Shown: one piece after another, positions 17,057 to 24,299 of the stretch
Position numbering within the stretch: position 1 is the stretch's first letter
How the letters are laid out: every line of letters begins with the position of its first letter
Source: an uncultured Candidatus Saccharibacteria bacterium
Lineage (GTDB): Bacteria > Patescibacteriota > Minisyncoccia > Minisyncoccales > GWA2-38-27
Length of the DNA stretch: 64,000 nucleotides
NCBI GenBank assembly: GCA_964447515.1
Contig: CAYUSS010000002.1
Location: 11,020 to 75,019 of the forward strand
Direction: 5' to 3'
Notes under the pieces: generated by a model
What the model saw: only the letters and a program-made list of their open reading frames with translations
Told to the model about the DNA's origin: nothing
Databases searched by the model: none
Made by a program: the position numbers and the translations under genes

Positions 17057-17686
17057 GTGAAAAATAATAAGTGTAAAATTTGTAGAAAGTTAGGACAGAA
17101 ACTTTTTCTTAAAGGCGATAAATGCTTATCGCCAAAGTGCCCAATGGTAATAAAACCATATCCGCCAGGAATGAAAAGCAAAAGAAGAAGAAGGACGGTT
17201 TCTGAATATGGAAAAGAATTAAGAGAAAAACAGAAATTAAAAGTCTGGTATAATTTAAAAGAAAAGCAATTTAGAAAATATATAAAAGAAATTCTTGAAA
17301 AACGAGGAAAGGTAGAGGACACAAGCGCCTTATTGTTGAAAAAATTAGAGAGTCGTTTAGATAATGTAGTTTTTAGAATGGGGTTTGTTTCTTCTCGCAG
17401 TCAAGCTCATCAAATTATCAGTCATAATCATTTTTTAGTTAATGGAAAGATGGTTAATATTTCCTCTTTTCAGACAAAAAAAGGTGATAAGATTAGCCTA
17501 AATCCCCGGTCTGGCAAAAAAGTTATTTTCCAAAATCTTCCTACAATTTTAAAAAAATATAAACCTCCTTCTTGGATTAAGATTAATATTGGAAAATTGG
17601 AAGGGGAAATCATTGAAACACCGTTTTTAGAAGAGGCAGCTTCCCCAGCTGAGCTTTCCACCATTTTTGAGTATTATTCCCGCTAA
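17057..17686 (+). CDS. rpsD: 30S ribosomal protein S4
   Basis: N-terminal CKICRKLGQKLFLKGDKC zinc-ribbon-type S4 and an S4 RNA-binding domain (LESRLDNVVFRMGF). GTG start. Confidence 0.9.
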   Translation: MKNNKCKICRKLGQKLFLKGDKCLSPKCPMVIKPYPPGMKSKRRRRTVSEYGKELREKQKLKVWYNLKEKQFRKYIKEILEKRGKVEDTSALLLKKLESRLDNVVFRMGFVSSRSQAHQIISHNHFLVNGKMVNISSFQTKKGDKISLNPRSGKKVIFQNLPTILKKYKPPSWIKINIGKLEGEIIETPFLEEAASPAELSTIFEYYSR

Positions 17687-17690
17687 GATA

Positions 17691-17776
17691 GAAGCTGATA
17701 AACGCCGATGACAACGCCGATAAACGCCGATATATTTTAGCGTAAATCAGCGTAGATATCGGCGTAAATCTGCTTC
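17691..17776. repeat. word-hairpin spacer element (GAAGC...GCTTC family), copy 2
   Basis: Near-copy of 15775-15861. Ends 9 nt before the rpoA ATG. Confidence 0.8.
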
Positions 17777-17784
17777 TACAGAAT

Positions 17785-18624
17785 ATGATACTTTTACCAC
17801 GACAAGCTAAAATTATTAGCAAAAAAGATAACTGGGCTCGTTTTGAAATTGAGTCCCTATATCCTGGTTATGGAGTAACTATTGGTAACGGTCTTAGAAG
17901 AGTTTTGCTTTCTTCTTTACCAGGAGCAGCTGTAACTCAAATGAAGATTAAAGGAGTTCAGCACGAATTTTCAACAATATTCGGAGTTTTAGAAGATGTA
18001 ATCAACATTATAATGAATTTAAAGCAAATGAGATTTAAAATATACACCGATGAACCCCAAAAAGCATTCCTGAAAATTAAAGGAGAAAAAGAAGTCAAGG
18101 GTTCTGATTTTGATTATCCCAGTCAGGTTGAATTAATAAATAAATCTTGTCATATCGCTACTTTAACTGATAAAAAAGCAGAGTTAGAGATGGAAATTCA
18201 GATTGAGAAAGGTATTGGATATGAGCCGATTGAACGGAGGAAAAAACAGGAAAAATTAGAAATTGGAGTTATACCCGTTGATGCCATTTTTACTCCGGTT
18301 AGAAGGGTAAGTTATAAAGTAGAAAATATGCGGGTAGGAGAGAGGACAGACTTTGATAGATTATATTTAGAAGTTGAGACCGACGGAACAGTTACTCCTA
18401 AAGAAGCCTTCTATCGGGCCTCGGAAATTTTAGTAAAACATTTTTCCTTGCTTAGAGAAAGCTTCAAGGTCCTGGAAGAAAAGAAGCTTCCTGAAGAGAG
18501 AGCTCCTAAAAAGAAACCCGCTCCTATTAAAGCTAAGGCTTCTATTAAAGATAGGGCCGCCAAAAAAGCTGGCGTAGTCAAAAAGAAAAAGAAAAAGCCC
18601 AAAAAGAAGAAATCAAATGCGTAA
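17785..18624 (+). CDS. rpoA: DNA-directed RNA polymerase subunit alpha (NTD plus Lys-rich tail; no recognisable CTD)
   Basis: Alpha NTD motifs (FEIESLYPGYGVTIGNGLRRVLLSSLPGAAV, DAIFTPVRRVSYKVE). After about residue 230 only a low-complexity KKKPAPIKAKA...KKKKKKPKKKK tail remains. Confidence 0.9.
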   Translation: MILLPRQAKIISKKDNWARFEIESLYPGYGVTIGNGLRRVLLSSLPGAAVTQMKIKGVQHEFSTIFGVLEDVINIIMNLKQMRFKIYTDEPQKAFLKIKGEKEVKGSDFDYPSQVELINKSCHIATLTDKKAELEMEIQIEKGIGYEPIERRKKQEKLEIGVIPVDAIFTPVRRVSYKVENMRVGERTDFDRLYLEVETDGTVTPKEAFYRASEILVKHFSLLRESFKVLEEKKLPEERAPKKKPAPIKAKASIKDRAAKKAGVVKKKKKKPKKKKSNA

Positions 18625-18967
18625 ACTTAAAAAGGGTAGAAAACTTTCAAGAAAAAGAAATCAGCGAAAAGCCCTGTTAAAATCTTTAGCCAGAGCTCTT
18701 TTTTTAGAGGAAAAAATAAGGACTACTGAAGCAAAAGCTAAAGAAATTTCAGCCTTTGCAGAAAAATTTATAACCCGAGCAAAAAAGCAAGATTTAGCTT
18801 CCAGACGAATTTTAGCAAAATATTTTTCAAAAAATTTAGTTAAGAAGTTAGTTGAGGAAATTGCCCCCAGATATAAGGAGAGAAAAGGAGGATATACAAG
18901 GATTATTAAGTTGGGACCTAGAAAATCAGATGGAGCAAAGATGGCAATTATTGAGCTGGTAAAGTAG
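18617..18967 (+). CDS. rplQ: 50S ribosomal protein L17
   Basis: KLSRKRNQRKALLKSLARALFLEEKIRTTEAKAKE...GGYTRIIKLGPRKSDGAKMAIIELV is typical of L17. Confidence 0.92.
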   Translation: MRKLKKGRKLSRKRNQRKALLKSLARALFLEEKIRTTEAKAKEISAFAEKFITRAKKQDLASRRILAKYFSKNLVKKLVEEIAPRYKERKGGYTRIIKLGPRKSDGAKMAIIELVK

Positions 18968-19061
18968 AAGCGGATCGCTTCGCTTCACGCGGATAGTTAC
19001 GCGGAAAAACGCGGAAGGCTATCTGCGTAAATCTGCGTTACTATCCGCGTTATTCTGCTTC
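18967..19061. repeat. word-hairpin spacer (GCGGAT/ATCCGC, TACGCG/CGCGTA words) upstream of rplM
   Basis: Starts GAAGCGGAT and ends CTGCTTC. The terminal clamp GAAGC/GCTTC and the distance to the ATG match the 15775 and 17691 elements. Confidence 0.75.
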
Positions 19062-19068
19062 TATAAAT

Positions 19069-19416
19069 ATGGAACGTAAAACCCATACCATTGATGCCAG
19101 CAATAAGGTTTTAGGAAGATTGGCGGTTCAAATTGCCATATTATTGCGTGGTAAACAGAAAGTAGATTTTGCCCTTAATAAAGATATGGGAGATTTTATT
19201 GTTGTTAAAAATATCAATAAAATCAAGTTAACAGGTAAAAAAAAGGAAAAGAAAATTTATTACCATCACACCGGCTATTTGGGGGGATTAAAAGGGATTT
19301 CTTTTGAAAAACTTTTTAAAAAAAATCCCGGAGAAGTTTTAAGAAAAGCAGTTTTTGGGATGCTGCCTAAAAATAAATTAAGAGCTAAACAGATAAAGCG
19401 TTTAAAAGTAGAGTGA
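19069..19416 (+). CDS. rplM: 50S ribosomal protein L13 (short, 115 aa)
   Basis: IDASNKVLGRLAVQIAILLRGK...YYHHTGYLGGLK...AVFGMLPKNKL is typical of L13. It ends at RLKVE, before the usual conserved C-terminal segment. Confidence 0.88.
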   Translation: MERKTHTIDASNKVLGRLAVQIAILLRGKQKVDFALNKDMGDFIVVKNINKIKLTGKKKEKKIYYHHTGYLGGLKGISFEKLFKKNPGEVLRKAVFGMLPKNKLRAKQIKRLKVE

Positions 19417-19564
19417 TCACTTAGCAATCAAGCCCTCAGAAAAATATCGCTCGGCAAAATGATTTTCTTGAGCAACCCCCGCCCCGCTGCAACGGGGCGG
19501 GGGACCACACCCACCCACTTCATGCTCAAGAAGATCATCTTGCCTCGCTCTATTATTCGCAAAT
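19417..19564. repeat. ~150-bp G+C-rich long-hairpin element between rplM and rpsI
   Basis: 36-nt arms (GAAAAATATCGCTCGGCAAAATGATTTTCTTGAGCA versus its imperfect complement) surround an apical hairpin CCCCCGCCCCG-CTGCAA-CGGGGCGGGGG. Confidence 0.65.
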
Positions 19565-20110
19565 TTGTATTGGTTTATGAAAAAAACAACAACTAAAACC
19601 AAAAAATCTACCAAAAAGGAAAAACCCAAGAAAACTGAAAAAATAAAGAAGGAAGAAAAGAAAGTATCTGCAAAGAAAAAGGCTGAGAAAAAAGAAACCA
19701 AGAAAAAAACTGTCAAACCAGCGCAATATCTTGAAAGTGTTGGCAAACGAAAAACAGCAGTAGCTCGGGTGAGAATTTTTACTAAAGGGGAAAAGGAGAT
19801 TTTAGTTAACGAAAAACCTTATCAGGATTATTTTTTTACTCCTGAACTTCAACAGGTTGCTACCGATTCTCTCCGAAAAATGAAATCTCTTGATAAGTTT
19901 AGAATTTCGGTCAAGGTAAAAGGAGGGGGAATTTTTGCCCAAGCTGAAGCCGTAAGGCATGGAATAGCCAGGGGTTTAGTAAAGTTTAATCCTGATTTTC
20001 GCAAGCGGCTCCGTAGGATAGGCTATTTAACAAGGGACCCAAGAGCAAGAGAAAGAAAGAAATTCGGCTTAAAACGCGCCCGCCGAGCCCCCCAGTGGAA
20101 GAAGAGATAA
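19565..20110 (+). CDS. rpsI: 30S ribosomal protein S9 with ~55-aa Lys-rich N-terminal extension
   Basis: S9 core GKRKTAVARVRIF...GGGIFAQAEAVRHGIARGL...RDPRARERKKFGLKRARRAPQWKKR. The exact start is uncertain. Confidence 0.88.
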   Translation: MYWFMKKTTTKTKKSTKKEKPKKTEKIKKEEKKVSAKKKAEKKETKKKTVKPAQYLESVGKRKTAVARVRIFTKGEKEILVNEKPYQDYFFTPELQQVATDSLRKMKSLDKFRISVKVKGGGIFAQAEAVRHGIARGLVKFNPDFRKRLRRIGYLTRDPRARERKKFGLKRARRAPQWKKR

Positions 20111-20120
20111 TTTTCAAATT

Positions 20121-20807
20121 ATGCTAAGAGAAATTATTGATAAATTTTATTTGGACAGGCAGAAAGATAAAGACCAACATCATTTTTATATTTCAGATGC
20201 TGGAAAATGTTCTCGCTCAGTGTTTTTTAAATTTAAAAATGCTCCCAGAAAAGAGATGGAAGCAAATATTTTGAGGTTATTTGAGCACGGCAACCATATC
20301 CATAAACTCATTATGGAGTCCTTACTCAGCACTAAAGATATTCATGTAGTAGCTTCAGAAGTAAATATTCCTCCCCAAGAGTTAGTTTCAGGAAGGGCCG
20401 ACGCAGTAATTAGCGATGGTAAAGAACTGTATGTTCTTGATATTAAAAGTATAAATAGTATGGGTTTTAGGTATTTAGATAAGCCAAAAGAAGAAAATAT
20501 TAATCAAATTCAGCTCTATTTACATTATTTTAAAATTTCAAAAGGAATATTGCTTTATGTCAACAAAGATGACCAACAGTTAAAGGAATTTGTAATTGGC
20601 TATAATCAGGCCCAAGCTCAGTCTCTTTTGGACGAATTAACCAATCTTAGAAAACAAATTGATTCCAACATTATCCCTTCGCGCTTCTCTGGTTATCCAA
20701 ATAATTGGCAGTGTAAATATTGCCAATTTAGAGAGATTTGTAATATAGGAGAGGCAGGCGAAATGAGCTGGGAAGATTTAAAGACAAAAATAGAATCTCA
20801 AAGTTAA
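20121..20807 (+). CDS. PD-(D/E)XK nuclease with Cas4/AddB-type 4-Cys cluster (Cas4-like, stand-alone)
   Basis: One N-terminal Cys (DAGKCSRS), nuclease motif GRADAV...VLDIKS, and C-terminal CKYCQFREIC (C-x2-C-x5-C). No cas genes or CRISPR array in the window. Confidence 0.6.
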   Translation: MLREIIDKFYLDRQKDKDQHHFYISDAGKCSRSVFFKFKNAPRKEMEANILRLFEHGNHIHKLIMESLLSTKDIHVVASEVNIPPQELVSGRADAVISDGKELYVLDIKSINSMGFRYLDKPKEENINQIQLYLHYFKISKGILLYVNKDDQQLKEFVIGYNQAQAQSLLDELTNLRKQIDSNIIPSRFSGYPNNWQCKYCQFREICNIGEAGEMSWEDLKTKIESQS

Positions 20808-20814
20808 ACTATTT

Positions 20815-20854
20815 ACGAGACCCGACCTCGTCACGAGGTCGGGTCTCGTTTTTT
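20815..20854. terminator. perfect palindromic hairpin between convergent genes (bidirectional terminator candidate)
   Basis: ACGAGACCCGACCTCGT-C-ACGAGGTCGGGTCTCGT followed by T5. Confidence 0.75.
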
Positions 20855-22484
20855 AGGGAACTAATTTTTTTGAACTATATAAAGTTTCTTCAGATAAAAT
20901 ATATAATTTTTTATTAGTTTGATTCCAGAATATTTTAGGAGGTTTTCCTTTTTTAGAAGAGGGAAATTCAGCAAAATCAACAATATTTATTTTATCTCGG
21001 TTGTCGATTTCAATGATTTTTATTTTATCTCCAACATCAAATACTAAATAGTGATTTGTGTACCAAAAAATTTCATTAATTTTTTCTGAAAAACGAGTTA
21101 AGAATACTTTTTCTCCGGCCTCTCTTTGGGGCTGGTTATATATTTGTTCCAAAAACAAAATCCAGATTTCGTAATTATTGAAATAAACTAATTTTTTGGA
21201 ATCCGGTGAAAATCTTAAGTTTTTAACTGGTTCAAAAAGTTTTTCAAAAGTTTTTTGAGCCTTATTTAGAGAATATAAAATATTACTTTCTTTCAGAAAA
21301 ATGTGGGAATTTATTCCGAATATTTTGTATTCAGTTTCTTTCTTTGGAGGAAGGGGAGTTGTATTTAATTTTTCTTTAGGAGAAAAAGAGAAATCAGTTC
21401 TAAAAACAAAACCCGAGTTATCAAGACAATGAATATTGTTTTTAAGAACCGAGCAAGTAATTATATTTTCAAAATGAGGTGAAGAGATTTTTTTATCAAT
21501 TAACCCTGTTAAATTGCTCCGCTCCGACTTTGTCGGATTTAACAGGGTTAAATCTGCTTCGCTTAATTTTCCTGTTTTTAATATTAATAATTTTTGGGGA
21601 TTTTTTGGGTTAAAATAAACTTCCTGCACATCCGGACCTAAAAAATCAAGGGGAGTTAAAACTACCGGAACCTTATCTATTTCTAAAAGATAATATATCT
21701 TAACACCCGACGTTTCCCTTGGCGCCTCTGGCCCGCCTAAATTTTTCTCTGAAAAACTTGAGTTGGCTGGCGCCAATTCCTCAACGTCGGGTGTTGAAAT
21801 TATTCCAACTTCAAGTAATATTCTTTTTGAGTCAGGAGAAAATTTTAAATCAATTAGTTGAACTTGTTCCCCGCCTTCGCCAAGGCTACTGCGGGCAGGA
21901 AGGGAAATATCTTTTTCTTCAATTAAAAGACTTTTAACATTTTTTTCTAAATCAAAAAGTTTTAAAGCCCATCCTTCGCCAAGGCTTCGGTTGGCAAGCA
22001 AGCTTGAGCTTTCAGGGTTTTGAGGATTTTCAGGGTTCGTATTTGTTTCCTCCTTTAAAATTATTTTTTTATTATCAGGAGAAAAATAAAAACTTTCTAT
22101 TCCTTTGGATATAATTGTAAAATTAGGGTTTTCTGAAATTAAAATAATATTTTTTGCTTCGGTGACCTCTCTTTCTTTTATTTCCAAAGTTTTTTTCCAG
22201 CTATGGAACCCTTGTTTTCTAATTTCTATACTATATTTTTTAGGCGAAAGGTTTTCAATTAGAGCTGAGCCAAAGAAAAAGTCAGTTTTCTTTTCAAACT
22301 CTTCATTAAGGTAGATTTGGCTATTTTTGGGCCAAATTTTAAAATAAAAAACTCCCGGTTGGATAATTTTTTTTGTTTCCCAATCAAAATGCCAACCCAG
22401 ATAATATAAAATAGTTACCGGGGCAACTATTAAGAACAAAATTGCCAGAAATAAAAATAAAATAGTCCGAACTTTTTTAGTCAT
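20853..22484 (-). CDS. membrane-anchored PEGA-domain / beta-propeller-like protein
   Basis: N-terminal TM, a PEGA-like segment (SQIYLNEEFEKKTDF...YSIEIRKQGFHSW), and repeated FSPD(S/N)KK motifs. It carries three in-frame repeat insertions. Confidence 0.55.
   Translation of the reverse strand: MTKKVRTILFLFLAILFLIVAPVTILYYLGWHFDWETKKIIQPGVFYFKIWPKNSQIYLNEEFEKKTDFFFGSALIENLSPKKYSIEIRKQGFHSWKKTLEIKEREVTEAKNIILISENPNFTIISKGIESFYFSPDNKKIILKEETNTNPENPQNPESSSLLANRSLGEGWALKLFDLEKNVKSLLIEEKDISLPARSSLGEGGEQVQLIDLKFSPDSKRILLEVGIISTPDVEELAPANSSFSEKNLGGPEAPRETSGVKIYYLLEIDKVPVVLTPLDFLGPDVQEVYFNPKNPQKLLILKTGKLSEADLTLLNPTKSERSNLTGLIDKKISSPHFENIITCSVLKNNIHCLDNSGFVFRTDFSFSPKEKLNTTPLPPKKETEYKIFGINSHIFLKESNILYSLNKAQKTFEKLFEPVKNLRFSPDSKKLVYFNNYEIWILFLEQIYNQPQREAGEKVFLTRFSEKINEIFWYTNHYLVFDVGDKIKIIEIDNRDKINIVDFAEFPSSKKGKPPKIFWNQTNKKLYILSEETLYSSKKLVP
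21702..21795. repeat. long (nested) form of the ACACCCGACGTT palindromic element, in frame in the PEGA ORF
   Basis: Encodes TPDVEELAPANSSFSEKNLGGPEAPRETSGVK on the minus strand. Same family as 23211-23266, 31689-31781 and 54782-54840. Confidence 0.8.
21869..21899. repeat. G+C-rich palindrome CCCCGCCTTCGCCAAGGCTACTGCGGGCAGG in frame in the PEGA ORF
   Basis: Near-copy, in inverted orientation, of the miaB insert core at 46261-46290. A related copy lies at 21968-22003. Confidence 0.75.
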
Positions 22485-22630
22485 CTTAATGTAGGCTTAT
22501 TTTAACACTTTTTTGTTTTAATGTTTAGATGCAAAAAATACACGGGTCGGACTCGTGTATTTCCCGTATAGTATGGACAGAATTCTAATGGGGCTTGCCA
22601 AATTTTAAATTTTGCTTTAGTATAAAATTA

Positions 22631-22758
22631 AGACCGTTGAATAATTCAGCGTTGTTCAGCGTAGATATCGGCGTTATTCAGCGTTAGCATAGTTTTATCG
22701 CTGAACCACGCTGGACTATACGCTGAAATTACGCTGAAAAATAATTATTCAACACTCT
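22631..22758. repeat. 128-bp CAGCG-word hairpin element, copy L (immediately upstream of murA)
   Basis: Its reverse complement matches 28109-28236 with 5 mismatches in 128 (hand alignment). Terminal arms are GTTGAATAATT / AATTATTCAAC. Confidence 0.85.
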
Positions 22759-22765
22759 AAAAATT

Positions 22766-24091
22766 ATGACCGAAAAATTTGTGATCCAAGGAGGAAAAAC
22801 TTTAAAAGGAACCATTGAGGCCAGAGGGGCAAAAAATGCCGCTCTTCCGATATTAGCCGCCACCCTCTTGACTAAAGAACCTTGTATTATTGGCAACCTT
22901 CCTTTAATTGAGGATGTTTTCAAAATGCTGAAGATTTTAGAAGGGTTGGGAGCTGAAATTTCTTGGCTGGGGAAAAGAAAAATTAGAATAAAATGTTCAA
23001 ATATTAATCCTTCAAAACTTCCCTGGGATATTGTTGGTTGTCTTAGAGGTTCGGTTTTAATTTTAGGGCCGCTTTTAGCCCAATTTGCCAAAATAAAAAT
23101 TCCTTCGCCGGGTGGTTGTTTAATTGGTGCCAGACCCTTAGACAGCCATTTAGATGCTTTTTCTCAGGCAGGTATTAAAGTTTCATCAAAAGATAAATTT
23201 TATTACTTTACAACACCCGACGTTGAGGAATTGGCGCCAGAGGCGCCAAGGGAAACGTCGGGTGTTAAGGAATTAAAATTTAAGCCTATAGAAATTATTC
23301 TTAGGGAATTTAGTGTTACTGCAACCGAAAATATTCTTTTGTTTTCTGTTCTTAGGGCCAAGAAAACTATTTTGAAAATTGCTGACCAAGATTATCAGGT
23401 TCAAGAATTAACCAAAGTTCTTAAAAAAATGGGAGCAAAAATTAAACCGAGTGGGGTCCATATCCTGAATATTATTGGTCAAAAAAAATTAAAAGGATTT
23501 AATCATTATTTAATGTCAGACCCCATAGAAGCAGGAACTTTTATTGTAGCAGCATTAGCAACCCAGGGAGAAGTCTTGATTAAAAACGCTGAGTTTTCTT
23601 TTCTTGAACTTTTTTTAAAGCATCTTCGGGATTTTGGGGCGAAAATTGAAATTTTAGGCCCAAAAACAATCAAGGTTTTTCCTTCAAGGAAACTTAAAAT
23701 GGATAAAGTCCAAAGTTCACCTTATCCCGGCATTCACACCGATTTACTGCCGGAACTTGGAGTTTTAGCTACTCAAACCGAAGGTCTTACCTTAATTCAC
23801 GACCCCTTATATGAAAGTCGGCTTAAATACCTTGAAGAATTAAATAAAATGGGGGCTGATATAATTTTTTGCGACCCTCACCGGGCAATAATTAACGGCC
23901 CCACCTTGCTTAAGGGGATTGAAATTCCCAGTTCTGATATTCGAGCCGGAGCTGCCCTGATTATTGCCGGATTAATAGCTAAAGGAAAAACAATAATTGG
24001 TAATATTTATCAAATTGATAGGGGATACGAACGTATTGAGGAGCGCTTTCAGAAATTGGGGGCAGATATTAAAAGAATATCAGAGAAATAG
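22766..24091 (+). CDS. murA: UDP-N-acetylglucosamine 1-carboxyvinyltransferase
   Basis: FVIQGGKTLKGTIEARGAKNAALPILAA..., active-site-loop Cys context (PGGCLIGARPLD), C-terminal YQIDRGYERIEERFQKLGA. An in-frame 56-bp palindrome lies at 23211-23266. Confidence 0.93.
   Translation: MTEKFVIQGGKTLKGTIEARGAKNAALPILAATLLTKEPCIIGNLPLIEDVFKMLKILEGLGAEISWLGKRKIRIKCSNINPSKLPWDIVGCLRGSVLILGPLLAQFAKIKIPSPGGCLIGARPLDSHLDAFSQAGIKVSSKDKFYYFTTPDVEELAPEAPRETSGVKELKFKPIEIILREFSVTATENILLFSVLRAKKTILKIADQDYQVQELTKVLKKMGAKIKPSGVHILNIIGQKKLKGFNHYLMSDPIEAGTFIVAALATQGEVLIKNAEFSFLELFLKHLRDFGAKIEILGPKTIKVFPSRKLKMDKVQSSPYPGIHTDLLPELGVLATQTEGLTLIHDPLYESRLKYLEELNKMGADIIFCDPHRAIINGPTLLKGIEIPSSDIRAGAALIIAGLIAKGKTIIGNIYQIDRGYERIEERFQKLGADIKRISEK
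23211..23266. repeat. short form of the ACACCCGACGTT...AACGTCGGGTGT nested palindrome, in frame in murA
   Basis: CAACACCCGACGTTGAGGAATTGGCGCCAGAGGCGCCAAGGGAAACGTCGGGTGTT. Encodes TPDVEELAPEAPRETSGV. Confidence 0.85.
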
Positions 24092-24099
24092 TCTTCGGG

Positions 24100-24255
24100 C
24101 AGATTACTTCGGGGGGTACGCAGTCAGCTAAAAGGTAGAACAAAGTTATCATCAGCTGCTGCTAATTCTCGCCGAGCCTTAATATCCTTAGAAGAAAATT
24201 CAAATCTATTCTTGGGCTCGGCTGCGAAGTGTCCCCCTCAGCAACCTGCCCTCAG
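24100..24255 (+). other. G+C-enriched, extensively self-complementary spacer between murA and mreB (unassigned RNA or repeat)
   Basis: Nested complementary blocks: GGGCAG/CTGCCC, GGGGGGTAC/GTGTCCCCC, CGCAG/CTGCG, GCCGAGCC/GGCTCGGC (8 bp), CAGCT/AGCTG. Confidence 0.35.
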
Positions 24256-24299
24256 ACTATTATTCGTATATTCGTAATAATTCGTAAATTCGTAGGGTT

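Noticed and set aside
19417-19746. A 109-aa minus-strand ORF spanning the rplM-rpsI spacer.
   Set aside because: It is antisense to the Lys-rich N-terminus of rpsI (poly-F/L translation) and runs through the G+C-rich hairpin element.
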